A DNA stretch of 32,000 nt, from NCBI RefSeq assembly GCF_002945325.1, contig NZ_CP026606.1:1290001-1322000 (forward strand), read 5' to 3'. Shown piece by piece: positions 1-9,911 of this stretch (the first letter of the stretch is position 1; every line of letters begins with the position of its first letter). This stretch comes from Methanococcus maripaludis (GTDB lineage: Archaea > AGJL01 > Methanococci > Methanococcales > Methanococcaceae). The notes beneath the pieces are model-generated. The model had not been told where the DNA came from, ran no database searches, and saw only the letters and a program-made list of their open reading frames with translations. Made by a program: the position numbers and the translations under genes.

Positions 1-2466
1 ACTAATTTTTTCAAGTCCATATCCGTCAAGGAAATGTAGTTTTGTATATATACTGTCTTCAAGGTTTTTACTTGAAACCCAAGCATATACTTGGTATGTT
101 CCATCTGATAATTTTTCTAGCCTTACGATTTCAGAGTAGTCTCCATTTTCGTTTGTTTCCTGTTCGTAGACATTTCCATTCACTTTTAAAATTAGTTTGT
201 GGAAATTTGGACTCTGCATGGATGTCTGGTTGTTGCTGTCAATAACTGCATTTGCCGATTTTATTTCAGAATCTGTAATTTCAAGAATATTTATAACACG
301 GTATGAATCAGTTTCTTGTAGTGGTATGTATACTACAGTAGTTCCGTTAACATCCTGTGCACTACCGCCCAATTGCTGGTAGTAGCCCATTTCTCTATCG
401 CTATTTTCAGTGTTTGCCGGTAAACTAAAGTTCCAGTTTCCAAACATGCTCCATACTGATGCAATACTTGTCATCCTGTTGTAAGTAATTAAATAATCAG
501 GATTTGTAACTTTTGGATGTGTTAAATCAATTACTTCTTCTGCTTCTGCATTTGTCAGGTCGTAGTTATTTACTAAACTAGCTTTAGCTTCTGTTCTTGT
601 CAATGGAAGTATTTCATTTAAAATATCTACAGTATCTTTAATCGATCCTGTTTTTTTAATTAAAATACTGTCATCATCATAAGCGCTGTCTCCACTAGTT
701 GCAAGCATTCTCAAAATTCCAACTGATAAATTTTCATCAGATGTTGAAAATGCATGTCCGACCCAGTAAGCTCTAGGGGTGTTTTGTGATCCTCCATCAA
801 AGGTTACCATTTTTCTTGTAGCCCATGTGTAGATGTGTCCGTTATCCCACCAGCAGGTAACAACTGAGTTTTCAGGAGTTTCTGATTTTATCCAGCTTAA
901 ACTATCCATCCAGCCGTTATTCATTGTAGGTGCAGTATAAAATGGTACTGCGGCAGCCATTGATGGGAAAACAAGCATAACTGCAAGAAGTACTCCAAAT
1001 ACTTTTTTAACAGCTTGCTCCTTTTCAGAAATTATATCAATGATTTTGTATACTGCCAATACAAGCATTGCAATTATTGATAAATAAAATGCAATTGGAA
1101 CATAGGTGGTTGGAATGATTATATTGAATAATTCCCCATTGTATTTGATCAAACTAATTACCGAGAGAATTCCAATTACTGGATATAATATATATTCCAC
1201 TTTTTTTTCGTATCTTTTAATTATATTTTCAATCTGGCCTGCAAAGATTCCTATACCTATTGCAAGTGCAGGAGTCATCAATGCAACGAACCTGATACCT
1301 TTTGTCGCAGCATAAACTGTAGCCATAAGCCAGAGTGTTAAATAAAGTGCATATTTAATATCAATTTTTTGTTTATCGTGTCTGAATGACACAAATGATA
1401 ATAATATTCCAGAAATTCCTGCAATTAATAACCAAACATTTCCAACCGAATTTTCAATTATGTCAGTTACGGTTGGAATTGCAAGTTCTGAAACTGTCGT
1501 ATAAACATTTGGCCAACCTGTTATTTTTGTAGCTTCATTTATTGCAGTAAATCCGATTGGGGATAATATCCCGTTAATAAATCCACTTAATCCTGTTGAA
1601 AGCGAAACAAGAATTGCTCCACCAACCAATGTAATCAATGAGGTTGTAATCACATTTTTTAGATTTTTAGATTTTGTTAAATATTCGTATGCTAAATATA
1701 AAACTAAAAATCCTGCTGTGATATCAAATGCATACCACCAACCCATCCACATCATTGGATATAATCCAATCAAAATGGCAGCAATTCCCCCAAATATACC
1801 CGATTTTTTAGAATTTTCCTGTTCGTGAATTGCTTCCATTACCATCCAGACTATGAATAGTAATGGCAGTATCTCAAATATCGGTGTATCTGAAAATCCA
1901 GCAGATGTTTTATATAATAAACTTGGACTTGAAATCAAAAGCAGCGCTCCAACAAGTCCCCCTATGTTTGAGCCCGTATTTCTCCTTACAATAAAAAATA
2001 CAGGAATTCCAAGGAAAATACTCATAATTGCAGGAACCCAGAATGCTGCATTCATTATTGTAACTGTTGAATCAATCGAATTCCAAACTGAATATACTAA
2101 AACTGTTGCAATAGAAAGTGCAGAAACTGAACCTGATTTATGTCCCGGAGGTGCGTACTGTATTGTATCATATGGGATATTTTCCCCATTTATTTCAACG
2201 GTAGTTTCTCCAACATGTGAATAATCACTATTTACATAATTTTCAGTCATTCTAAGGTAGTAATAAGGGTCGAGTGCAGTTAAATACATCCTGCCGTTAT
2301 CGTCTGAGAACATGTCTTGCAAATATGAATTATCTGTAAACGCCATGTCCGCAGTTTGGGCACGGATTTGAAAGCTCATCATTCCTATAAACAATAATAT
2401 TAGGATGATCTTTATTTTTTCATTCTTTTTGAAAAAATCTGAGACTTTATTTAAAAATTCACCCAT
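1..2466 (-). CDS. aglB: Oligosaccharyltransferase AglB (STT3 family), C-terminus beyond left edge
   Basis: Manual minus-strand translation from ATG at 2466 gives MGEFLNKVSDFFKKNEKIKIILILLFIGMMSFQIRAQTADMAFTDNSYLQDMFSDDNGRMYLTALDPYYYLR, with a GRMYL..DPYYYLR N-terminal signature. A WWDNG motif is encoded near 840-855. Strong SD (GGAGGAGG) upstream. Absent from the ORF track because it is open at the edge. Confidence 0.93.
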   Translation of the reverse strand, partial: MGEFLNKVSDFFKKNEKIKIILILLFIGMMSFQIRAQTADMAFTDNSYLQDMFSDDNGRMYLTALDPYYYLRMTENYVNSDYSHVGETTVEINGENIPYDTIQYAPPGHKSGSVSALSIATVLVYSVWNSIDSTVTIMNAAFWVPAIMSIFLGIPVFFIVRRNTGSNIGGLVGALLLISSPSLLYKTSAGFSDTPIFEILPLLFIVWMVMEAIHEQENSKKSGIFGGIAAILIGLYPMMWMGWWYAFDITAGFLVLYLAYEYLTKSKNLKNVITTSLITLVGGAILVSLSTGLSGFINGILSPIGFTAINEATKITGWPNVYTTVSELAIPTVTDIIENSVGNVWLLIAGISGILLSFVSFRHDKQKIDIKYALYLTLWLMATVYAATKGIRFVALMTPALAIGIGIFAGQIENIIKRYEKKVEYILYPVIGILSVISLIKYNGELFNIIIPTTYVPIAFYLSIIAMLVLAVYKIIDIISEKEQAVKKVFGVLLAVMLVFPSMAAAVPFYTAPTMNNGWMDSLSWIKSETPENSVVTCWWDNGHIYTWATRKMVTFDGGSQNTPRAYWVGHAFSTSDENLSVGILRMLATSGDSAYDDDSILIKKTGSIKDTVDILNEILPLTRTEAKASLVNNYDLTNAEAEEVIDLTHPKVTNPDYLITYNRMTSIASVWSMFGNWNFSLPANTENSDREMGYYQQLGGSAQDVNGTTVVYIPLQETDSYRVINILEITDSEIKSANAVIDSNNQTSMQSPNFHKLILKVNGNVYEQETNENGDYSEIVRLEKLSDGTYQVYAWVSSKNLEDSIYTKLHFLDGYGLEKIS

Positions 2467-2562
2467 AATCCTCCTCCAAAATTTTTATCAAAAATAATCA
2501 ATAATGTATATATAAATAGTTTATCAATTGAATTATGTTTTAATAGTATAAATGGTGATGTT

Positions 2563-3462
2563 ATGGATTTATATTTTGTTTTATCTGCTTTATTTTCTTT
2601 TGTAATTTCTCTGATATTCACAAAGTTCATGATTAAAAAAATGGTTAATTACAAGTATGGTTATGACCTTCATAAGGCCGATAAAATCAAGGTGGCAGAA
2701 ATGGGTGGGTTATCACCCGTAGTTGTATCGTCTGTTGTAATGTTATTTTTCAACCCGGCAATTTCTCTAAGTATATTTTTACCGGGATTTGTTGGGGTAA
2801 TCGACGACATTTCAAGATTAAATTCAAAAGAAAAGATAGTTTTAACATTTTTAATCGGCTTTCCAGTCGCATTTTTTTTAAAGTTGGGTTTTTTACCATC
2901 CATTCTTTTAATCCTTGGAATTTTTATCTCATCAAATTTAACAAACATGCTTGCAGGTTTCAACGGTCTTGAAATTGGAATGGGGATACTTCTCTGTTTA
3001 TTTATGGCGGCAGTATGCTTGATGAATGGAGATATATTTGGATTTAAAGTTTTGATTTTATTTTCAGCAGCGTATCTCGGACTTTTATACTACAACCGAT
3101 ACCCTGCAAAGGTATTTCCTGGGGACACTGGAACCCTTCCAATCGGTGCATTTTTAGCAACTATTGCAGTATGGAGAGGATTTATTCCGGAATTATTTAT
3201 ACTAATGATTCCATTCGTGGTTGATGCACTTTTAAAGCAGTTTACTGCAGGAGTTACAAAAAAAGATACTGTATTTACACCTACTAAATTAAAAAATGGA
3301 AAGTTATGTGTTGAAGGCGGATATCTGTCATTGCCAAGAATGATTTTAATGAAAAAAGCAATGGAAGAATATAAAATAGTACTTGTGTTATGGGCAATCG
3401 AAGCCTTTTTTGGAATTTTGAGTATTTTATATACAAAATACATCGGATTTAATATTTTTTAA
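2563..3462 (+). CDS. aglH: Glycosyltransferase family 4, UDP-GlcNAc (or related) -dolichyl-phosphate GlcNAc-1-phosphate transferase
   Basis: 299 aa polytopic protein with HKADKIKVAEMGGL, DDISRL, NMLAGFNGLE and FPGDTGTLPIG motifs typical of the family; preceded by GGTGATG SD. Confidence 0.8.
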   Translation: MDLYFVLSALFSFVISLIFTKFMIKKMVNYKYGYDLHKADKIKVAEMGGLSPVVVSSVVMLFFNPAISLSIFLPGFVGVIDDISRLNSKEKIVLTFLIGFPVAFFLKLGFLPSILLILGIFISSNLTNMLAGFNGLEIGMGILLCLFMAAVCLMNGDIFGFKVLILFSAAYLGLLYYNRYPAKVFPGDTGTLPIGAFLATIAVWRGFIPELFILMIPFVVDALLKQFTAGVTKKDTVFTPTKLKNGKLCVEGGYLSLPRMILMKKAMEEYKIVLVLWAIEAFFGILSILYTKYIGFNIF

Positions 3463-3501
3463 AAAAGTAAAAATTTTTTATTTTAGTTATTTTTTTAAGT
3501 T

Positions 3502-4830
3502 TTATTTTCTTATGAACTTCGCAATTGATGGGTGAAGTTCAGAGAGTTGTTCTTGAACGAGCTGTTCGTATAATCTGTATACAATTGATACTGTAAGCAA
3601 TACTCCAGTACCTCCTCCAAGTGCACCAGTAAAGTCAGCAGCTGCGGCCAAAAATCCAACAAATGCTGAACCCATTACTGTAATTGGTGTTATGTATCTT
3701 TTTAAACGTTGTTCAATTGATTTTTGGCTTTTTCTAAATCCTTTAATCGCCATATCGAGATTCCCAAGTTTTTTAGCCATTGATTTTGCGTCAAGTCCTG
3801 AGGTTTCAACCCAGAAAAGACCAAACAAGATACAGAATATTACCATCATTACAGTGTAAAATACTGCATGAAGCGGATCTGCAGTCAGGCTAGAAATTCC
3901 ATACGGTGTTGAGAAGTAGTATGCAAGTCCATCAACTGCCCTACCACTCGTATAGTGCCCGAGAATTGGGAAACCCATTTTTTCTAAAAACATTCCCCAA
4001 AGCTGTATGTTTGCAAACAATGCTGCAGCAAGGATAACTGGCAGGTTTGAAACATAAATGAATTTTATTGGGTATTTTCCAACAGCACCTTTTACTCTTC
4101 CGTGTGCTAGTGGAATTTCTACTCTGATACTTTCAACGTAAACTACAACTAAGAATACAAGTATTGTACCTAAAATCGGTAAAATATATTCCAATGCAGT
4201 CCATAAACTTCCTGCAGTCATTGCAGTGAAGAATTTCCATAAATATCCTTCTGCACCAAAGGTTCCTACAAATATTGTTTGTGAGACTCCTGCTGCAATG
4301 AAAAGACCGATACCTGATCCGATACCGTATCTTGAAACAATTTCATCCAAATAAATAATTAATATCGCACCAAGTGCAAGCTGGAATACTAACACTGCAG
4401 TCATTAGTGGGGTTAATGCACCAAATGCCCCTGCTCCAACAAACATCAAAGCTTCGAGGAAACATAATGCTATACCAAATAACTTTTGTAAACCCTGAAA
4501 TAGTGCCCTATTCATTGGTTTTGATAGATCCAGACTTATAAGTTCGGATCCGACCAATAGCTGCATAATAATTCCTGCAGTTACAATTGGCCCGATACCA
4601 AGCGTAATTAAAGTACCCATTTTAGAAGCAGTAACGGTCTGCCAAAAATCAAATATTGCAGGCATTTCTGAACCGCCCGTGTAAATATCGATTGTACCCA
4701 AAATAAAGTAGAGTACAAGCACAAGTGCAGTCCATTGTAATTTTTCTTTAAATGAAATTTCTCTTAGCGGTCTTTTTACTTCAGGTATTAATTCAAGTAT
4801 AGGTTTTATTTTTAATAGAAAACTTTCCAA
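3502..4830 (-). CDS. secY: Preprotein translocase subunit SecY, apparent UUG start
   Basis: 442 aa, about ten hydrophobic segments, ends a ribosomal cluster as in other archaea; sequence such as GIGSGIGLFIAAGVSQTIF and KSIEQRLKRYI. First codon is TTG preceded by AGGTGA. Confidence 0.93.
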   Translation of the reverse strand: MESFLLKIKPILELIPEVKRPLREISFKEKLQWTALVLVLYFILGTIDIYTGGSEMPAIFDFWQTVTASKMGTLITLGIGPIVTAGIIMQLLVGSELISLDLSKPMNRALFQGLQKLFGIALCFLEALMFVGAGAFGALTPLMTAVLVFQLALGAILIIYLDEIVSRYGIGSGIGLFIAAGVSQTIFVGTFGAEGYLWKFFTAMTAGSLWTALEYILPILGTILVFLVVVYVESIRVEIPLAHGRVKGAVGKYPIKFIYVSNLPVILAAALFANIQLWGMFLEKMGFPILGHYTSGRAVDGLAYYFSTPYGISSLTADPLHAVFYTVMMVIFCILFGLFWVETSGLDAKSMAKKLGNLDMAIKGFRKSQKSIEQRLKRYITPITVMGSAFVGFLAAAADFTGALGGGTGVLLTVSIVYRLYEQLVQEQLSELHPSIAKFIRK

Positions 4831-5057
4831 ATTTTCACCTTGGAATAAACATGATAAATTTCAATAAACGAGAAAATTTACAAATTTGTTATCAAATAGT
4901 GTAATTGTGATAATCTTTGGAAAATGTATTAAATATCGGTTTCACAACATTAAAAGATATTAAAAAATGAGTATTTAAATGATTGGGATATTCATAGTAT
5001 CCACTATCAAAAATAAGAAAAAGCAGAATTAAATGGAATAAGTGATTCTTAATTGAA

Positions 5058-5489
5058 TTACAATTCAACAAATTCTCCACCGGCAGCCTCAATTTTTTCT
5101 TTAGCTCCTTCAGAGAATTCAACTGCTTTTACAACCATTGCGGTTGAGATTCTTCCTTTTCCGAGAACTTTTTCGAATCCGATTTCGGTAGCGTTAACTA
5201 CAACTTTACCTTCTTCTACTTGGAATGCATCTTTGTATTTTAAGATGTATTCTTCTAATTCTCCAATGTTGATAGTTTCTAACTGTTTTATAAGGCAAGG
5301 GTTTCTGTTGAATCCGTATTTACCAAAGTAGTCAGGATTGAATTTACAGACGGACAACCATTTATGTTTTTGGTGACCAGCGTTACCCCTACCACCTCTG
5401 TGGCCAGCGCCTCTGTGTTTTTTAGCTTCTCCATATCCGCAGGTTCTGGAGCCTCTTTTTTTCGTGATTTTTTTGCTTTTTCTAATCAT
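5058..5489 (-). CDS. rpl15p: 50S ribosomal protein L15 (uL15)
   Basis: MIRKSKKITKKRGSRTCGYGEAKKHRGAGHRGGRGNAGHQKHK; Gly/His-rich L15 N-terminus and cluster context. Confidence 0.95.
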   Translation of the reverse strand: MIRKSKKITKKRGSRTCGYGEAKKHRGAGHRGGRGNAGHQKHKWLSVCKFNPDYFGKYGFNRNPCLIKQLETINIGELEEYILKYKDAFQVEEGKVVVNATEIGFEKVLGKGRISTAMVVKAVEFSEGAKEKIEAAGGEFVEL

Positions 5490-5503
5490 TAAATCACCTT
5501 AAA

Positions 5504-5968
5504 TTACATCATTTTGTTCAATAAATCGTTGATTTTACCAGATCTGTAACCTAAGGCACCACCAATTGAGAATCCTTTTTTAACTCCTGCTCTATCATAT
5601 CCTTTTCTTGGAGGATGTAATCTGAATACAGGTTTTATTGGTGTGTCTTTTATTTTAATTTCGCCAGCAATTACTTTTTCAGCTAACTCTTCAACTGGAA
5701 GTTCTGTTAACTCTTTTACGAGTTCTTCAGATAATCTTTTGTTTCCAGGAAGTCTTCCTCTTTTTAAAATTAAAGCTACAAGTGTATCTTTATCGATTTC
5801 ACCGTAGGTTACATAGTCTTTAACTTTTTTTATCATTCCAGTGTAGTGTTCTGTATCTGGAATTATAACACAGTGGTTTACACGGTGTAGTCTTAACATC
5901 TTCATGGTATCTGCGATGTCTCCTCTAACACCTACGCTTCCTCTGACTCTTACAACTGCGTAAGCCAT
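5504..5968 (-). CDS. rpl30p: 50S ribosomal protein L30 (uL30)
   Basis: [39 protein letters not shown]; archaeal long-form L30. Confidence 0.95.
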   Translation of the reverse strand: MAYAVVRVRGSVGVRGDIADTMKMLRLHRVNHCVIIPDTEHYTGMIKKVKDYVTYGEIDKDTLVALILKRGRLPGNKRLSEELVKELTELPVEELAEKVIAGEIKIKDTPIKPVFRLHPPRKGYDRAGVKKGFSIGGALGYRSGKINDLLNKMM

Positions 5969-5999
5969 GTTTTAATCACCTTTTTTAAAAAGTAATAAA

Positions 6000-6677
6000 T
6001 TAGAGTACTCTTCCTTCTGTAAGACCTAATTTTTCCTTTTGGTTAGGCAAGCATCTTACGAAGTTTAAGTTGTTTAATGCATCGAATGTAGCTTCAGCAA
6101 AGTTGTATGTGGTTCTTGTGTCACCAAATGTTTTAGTCCATGCATCTTTTACACCTGCAAGACCTAAAACAGCTTTTGCAACGTTACCAGCAACTAAACC
6201 AACACCTCTTGGTGCAGGGAGTAATTCTACTTTAACGCTACCACAAGCTCCTTTAGCTGTGAAAGGGATTGAGTGAGGTGATCCGCAACCGCATTCCCAT
6301 GAACCGCAGCCAACTCTAACTTTGATTAATGATAATTTTGCGTGAGCAATTGCTTTTCTGATAGCAGGGCCAACTTCTTTTGATTTACCCATGCCTACTC
6401 CAACGTAACCGTTTTTGTTACCAACAACAACAGTTGCTCTGTATCTTGCTCTTCTTCCAGATTTGTGCATTCTTTGAACTAATTTAACGTCCAAAACTTG
6501 CTCTTCCAAATCAGGTAAAAGTGCATCAACAATTTCAGGTTCTAATAATGGAAGACCTTTATCCATAATGTAGCTAATGTCTGAAATTGTTCCTTCCTTA
6601 ACCATTCTACCAATTTGGGTTTTTGGCTCCCAAGCTTCGGTATTGAATTTTCTTTTTTCAGCTCTTTTTTCAGCCAT
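6000..6677 (-). CDS. rps5p: 30S ribosomal protein S5 (uS5)
   Basis: [62 protein letters not shown]. Confidence 0.96.
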   Translation of the reverse strand: MAEKRAEKRKFNTEAWEPKTQIGRMVKEGTISDISYIMDKGLPLLEPEIVDALLPDLEEQVLDVKLVQRMHKSGRRARYRATVVVGNKNGYVGVGMGKSKEVGPAIRKAIAHAKLSLIKVRVGCGSWECGCGSPHSIPFTAKGACGSVKVELLPAPRGVGLVAGNVAKAVLGLAGVKDAWTKTFGDTRTTYNFAEATFDALNNLNFVRCLPNQKEKLGLTEGRVL

Positions 6678-6687
6678 TTATATCACC

Positions 6688-7269
6688 TTATAAGTTAAGG
6701 ATTTTTTCTTTCAGTTCTTCAACGTGTTCTGGCAAGTCTTCTGGGTTTAATCCTTTTTCTAAGTATTTTGAGAACTGTTTTTTGTACGCATCTGCATCTT
6801 CTTTTAAGCTTTCAGCGTAATTTTTAACGTGAGTTCCGTTTAATCTTTCTTCATCTGCGATGATTTTATCACCGTGAGGTATATCCATACCTGCATCAAG
6901 TGCACCTTTTAAAACAGCGAAAATTGCAGCTCCTTTGGTAGCTCTGTGAAGACCTTTGTCCAAAACTGCTTCTTTTACATCTTCTTTAACTGCTTTTGCA
7001 CCTAACAATAAACCTGTTAAGTATGCAGCAGGTAAGTTTCCGCAGTGGCCTTTGTAGCCCATTTTAACGAGTTCTTTGGAGTGTGCTGAAACTAAGACAA
7101 CGTCTCCTTTTTCATCGTATGCCATAAGCTGAGCGGTCACATTGTTTAAGGATTTTCTCGCAACTAATCTTGGTTTACCAGACAATAATAATCCTAATCT
7201 TTGTCTGAAATCTGTTTTTCCTTCTCTTCTTCTTCTAAAAGGAACTCTGAATTTGGCGTTCATTGCCAT
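6688..7269 (-). CDS. rpl18p: 50S ribosomal protein L18 (uL18); start MAMNAKFRV favoured over MTMAM
   Basis: RFRVPFRRRREGKTDFRQRLGLLLSGKPRLVARKSLNN-type archaeal L18; GGAGG upstream. Confidence 0.94.
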   Translation of the reverse strand: MAMNAKFRVPFRRRREGKTDFRQRLGLLLSGKPRLVARKSLNNVTAQLMAYDEKGDVVLVSAHSKELVKMGYKGHCGNLPAAYLTGLLLGAKAVKEDVKEAVLDKGLHRATKGAAIFAVLKGALDAGMDIPHGDKIIADEERLNGTHVKNYAESLKEDADAYKKQFSKYLEKGLNPEDLPEHVEELKEKILNL

Positions 7270-7292
7270 AGTCATTCCTCCTTAAATTTGAA

Positions 7293-7742
7293 TTATTCAG
7301 CTAAAATTCCATGTTCTTTCATGTATAATTTCATGTGATTTCTACTTCTGAATGCTCCACCTTTAGCCATTCTGTAGAGTTTTCTGTATGCTGATCTTTC
7401 GATTTTTTCATTTTCTCTTAATTCTTTCAGCATTTTTCTGAGCGGCCTAATTGTGTTCATCCATTTCTCTTTTTTAGGCGTTCTAGCACCTTTAGCCCCT
7501 TTTCTTGAACCAGGTCCTTTTCTCTTTCCTTTTCTCTTCTGTTCTTGAACTTCTTTTTTCCTAGCGCTGCTGATTCCTTTTTCCTGTTTTTTAACAATGA
7601 TTCCATCGTTAATCAAGAGTCTAATGTCATCTTTGGTGATTGCCATTTTGACTTTTTCCAGGTTTTCCGGATCAATCCATACCCTGTCGATACCGCAATC
7701 CAAAACAGCTGCAGCAATTCTTCTCTGGGTTGATACATCCAT
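7293..7742 (-). CDS. rpl19e: 50S ribosomal protein L19e (eL19)
   Basis: MDVSTQRRIAAAVLDCGIDRVWIDPENLEKV; GPGSRKGAKGARTPKKEKWMNTIRPLRK. Confidence 0.95.
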   Translation of the reverse strand: MDVSTQRRIAAAVLDCGIDRVWIDPENLEKVKMAITKDDIRLLINDGIIVKKQEKGISSARKKEVQEQKRKGKRKGPGSRKGAKGARTPKKEKWMNTIRPLRKMLKELRENEKIERSAYRKLYRMAKGGAFRSRNHMKLYMKEHGILAE

Positions 7743-7768
7743 AATATCACCTTATATCTTAAGCGAGA

Positions 7769-8176
7769 TTATAAACTTAAGAATTCTTCCTGTTTTTGTT
7801 TGGATACGTTAAACACTCTAATTCCTAATTCATTAGCTTTTTTAACGATTTCTATTCTTTTTCTTTTACCAACGGTAGCTGCAATTCTTGCGCCTTGAAC
7901 TTCAGGGTTTAATGCAACTAATTCTTTTACATTGTTAACAAGAATATCTTGTAAACCTGATGGGTGTAAACCTCTAACAAGAACAGGTCCTCTGTAGCCT
8001 GTGTTAACAACAGCAGCTCTGTGTGTCAATCCTATTCTCATACCGCTGTGTTTACCGAAAGGTCTTCTCCAGCTAGTTCCAATTCTTGAACACTTGAACC
8101 AGTCCTGTCTTTTAAATTCAGGTCTTTTTTGTTTCATTTTGAGTTTTAATCTCATTAATCTTTTGAATTCACTCAT
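7769..8176 (-). CDS. rpl32e: 50S ribosomal protein L32e (eL32)
   Basis: RQDWFKCSRIGTSWRRPFGKHSGMRIG; LVNNVKELVALNPEVQGARIAATVGKRKR. Confidence 0.95.
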   Translation of the reverse strand: MSEFKRLMRLKLKMKQKRPEFKRQDWFKCSRIGTSWRRPFGKHSGMRIGLTHRAAVVNTGYRGPVLVRGLHPSGLQDILVNNVKELVALNPEVQGARIAATVGKRKRIEIVKKANELGIRVFNVSKQKQEEFLSL

Positions 8177-8185
8177 GAGACCACC

Positions 8186-8734
8186 TTATAATACTTTCCC
8201 TGCTTTTTCTACAATGTAGATGCCATCTTGGAATATTCTTGTGTCTCTTCCTTTAACTTTAGTAGCTTGTTCGATGTTTGCAGCGGTTTGACCAACAAAT
8301 TCTTTGTTAGCTCCACTTACAACCACGTCTTCACCACTAACTTTTACAGTGACTCCATCCATGATTTTAGCAGTTCTAGTGTATTTTTCTCCTAAGAAGT
8401 TGTCAATCATTACAGTGTTTCCTTTAGCACTAACTTTCATTGGGAAGTGAGCGTATCTGATTACTAATTTGTATTCAAATCCGTCAGTAACACCTGTGAT
8501 CATGTTTTGAATGTGTGATCTGTAGGTTCCAACAATTGCGGTTTGTGCTTTTCTTGGGAATGCACACTCAATAACAACTTTTCCGTCTTCTGTGCTTATT
8601 TCAATTCCTGGGTACATTAATTCTCTTTTAAGTTCTTTTGCACCAGATTTAACAACAACTGTGCTGCCGTTAATTTCAACGTTGACGTTTTCAGGAATTT
8701 CGATTTCTTCCCTTATTAAAGCTGCAACTGGCAT
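8186..8734 (-). CDS. rpl6p: 50S ribosomal protein L6 (uL6)
   Basis: [33 protein letters not shown]; [19 protein letters not shown]. Confidence 0.95.
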
Positions 8735-8755
8735 AAGAATACCTCCATAATGTCC

Positions 8756-9148
8756 TTAGTATATGTAAGAAATTAATCTTCCACCTACTCCAGCGTTTCT
8801 AGCTTCGTCGTGTGTCATTAATCCTTTTGGGGTACTTACGATTAACAATCCGAAACCTTTAGCCGGTAAGTATCTTTTTTCGAATTTTTCGAAGTCGTGG
8901 TTTTTAACAGCGTATCTTGGTTTTACAGCCCCACATTTGTTGATTTGTCCGATTAAATCAACTTTGTAGACTCCTGCTTTTCCATCTTCAATGTATTCGA
9001 AGTTTCCAATGTATCCTTGATCCTGCATAACATTTAGAACTCTTCCAATTAATTTTGAAGCAGGTTTCAAGTAAGCTACGTTTTTACCCACACTTTCGCA
9101 GTTGGATACGTGGTTTAATGCGTTTGCAAGAGGGTCCATTAAACTCAT
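8756..9148 (-). CDS. rps8p: 30S ribosomal protein S8 (uS8)
   Basis: [20 protein letters not shown]; [34 protein letters not shown]-terminus. Confidence 0.96.
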   Translation of the reverse strand: MSLMDPLANALNHVSNCESVGKNVAYLKPASKLIGRVLNVMQDQGYIGNFEYIEDGKAGVYKVDLIGQINKCGAVKPRYAVKNHDFEKFEKRYLPAKGFGLLIVSTPKGLMTHDEARNAGVGGRLISYIY

Positions 9149-9166
9149 ATTGTTACCTCCTTGTCC

Positions 9167-9328
9167 TTAATCGTACTTTTTAAATCCTAGTTTTGGTGCT
9201 AATTCTCTGAAGCATTGTCTGCATAAATTTAATCCGTATTTTCTGATGATTCCTGGCCCTTTTCTTCCGCATCTTTTGCAAACTTTTGAACCTTGGCCGT
9301 ATTTTGTCTTAAATGGTGTTTTTGTCAT
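9167..9328 (-). CDS. rps14p: 30S ribosomal protein S14 (uS14), zinc-binding form; missing from supplied ORF track
   Basis: Manual translation: [53 protein letters not shown] (53 aa); CxxC...CxxC; SD GGTGAA upstream; canonical position between rpl5 and rps8. Confidence 0.97.
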   Translation of the reverse strand: MTKTPFKTKYGQGSKVCKRCGRKGPGIIRKYGLNLCRQCFRELAPKLGFKKYD

Positions 9329-9337
9329 TCTTTCACC

Positions 9338-9883
9338 TTATTCCCTAACTACTTCAGTATCGAATTTAGCTTGGATGTATTCGATAGCTTCGTCTTTGGT
9401 AACTAAGTGTTTCTCTGGAATGTGGCTTCTTTTTACTTTTCTTGATTTTACTCTGTATCCTGATTTTTCAAAGGTTACACAGATATCCATACCATAGATT
9501 CCAACTGATGGGTCGTATTTTTGACCGGGGAAGTCAATATGTTCAGGAACACCAAATGAGAAGTTTCCAACCTGGTCAAATGATGACGCAAAGAGTGTTT
9601 TACCACATGCTTTGAAAGCAGTGAACGCATTTTTGAGGAATTCTTCAGCTTTTTTTCCTCTTAATGTTACTTTTAATCCAATTGGTAATTTTTTTCTGAT
9701 ACCAAATGCAGGGTTTGTCTGTTTAGCTAAAGTCCTTACTGGTGATTGGCCGGTGAGTTCTTCAATAACTTTTGCACCTATTGTTAACCTATCTCCAGCT
9801 TCACCTACACCGAAGTTTACGGTGACTTTTTGGATTCTTGGTTTTTTCATAGGTTCTTTTTCCCAAACTTCTTGGAATGACAT
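9338..9883 (-). CDS. rpl5p: 50S ribosomal protein L5 (uL5)
   Basis: PRIQKVTVNFGVGEAGDRLTIGAKVIEELTGQSPVRTLAK; FSFGVPEHIDFPGQKYDP. Confidence 0.96.
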   Translation of the reverse strand: MSFQEVWEKEPMKKPRIQKVTVNFGVGEAGDRLTIGAKVIEELTGQSPVRTLAKQTNPAFGIRKKLPIGLKVTLRGKKAEEFLKNAFTAFKACGKTLFASSFDQVGNFSFGVPEHIDFPGQKYDPSVGIYGMDICVTFEKSGYRVKSRKVKRSHIPEKHLVTKDEAIEYIQAKFDTEVVRE

Positions 9884-9911
9884 GTTTCGTCCTCCTCTAA
9901 TTTTATGGGCA

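Noticed and set aside
42-2224. Plus-strand ORFs at 42-245, 197-382, 1106-1315 and 1853-2224
   Set aside because: Antisense to the continuous aglB reading frame, which has clear STT3 motifs.
4892-5122. 76-aa minus ORF between secY and rpl15
   Set aside because: Overlaps the 3' end of rpl15 in another frame, low-complexity hydrophobic AT-derived sequence, no SD; better explained as intergenic DNA.
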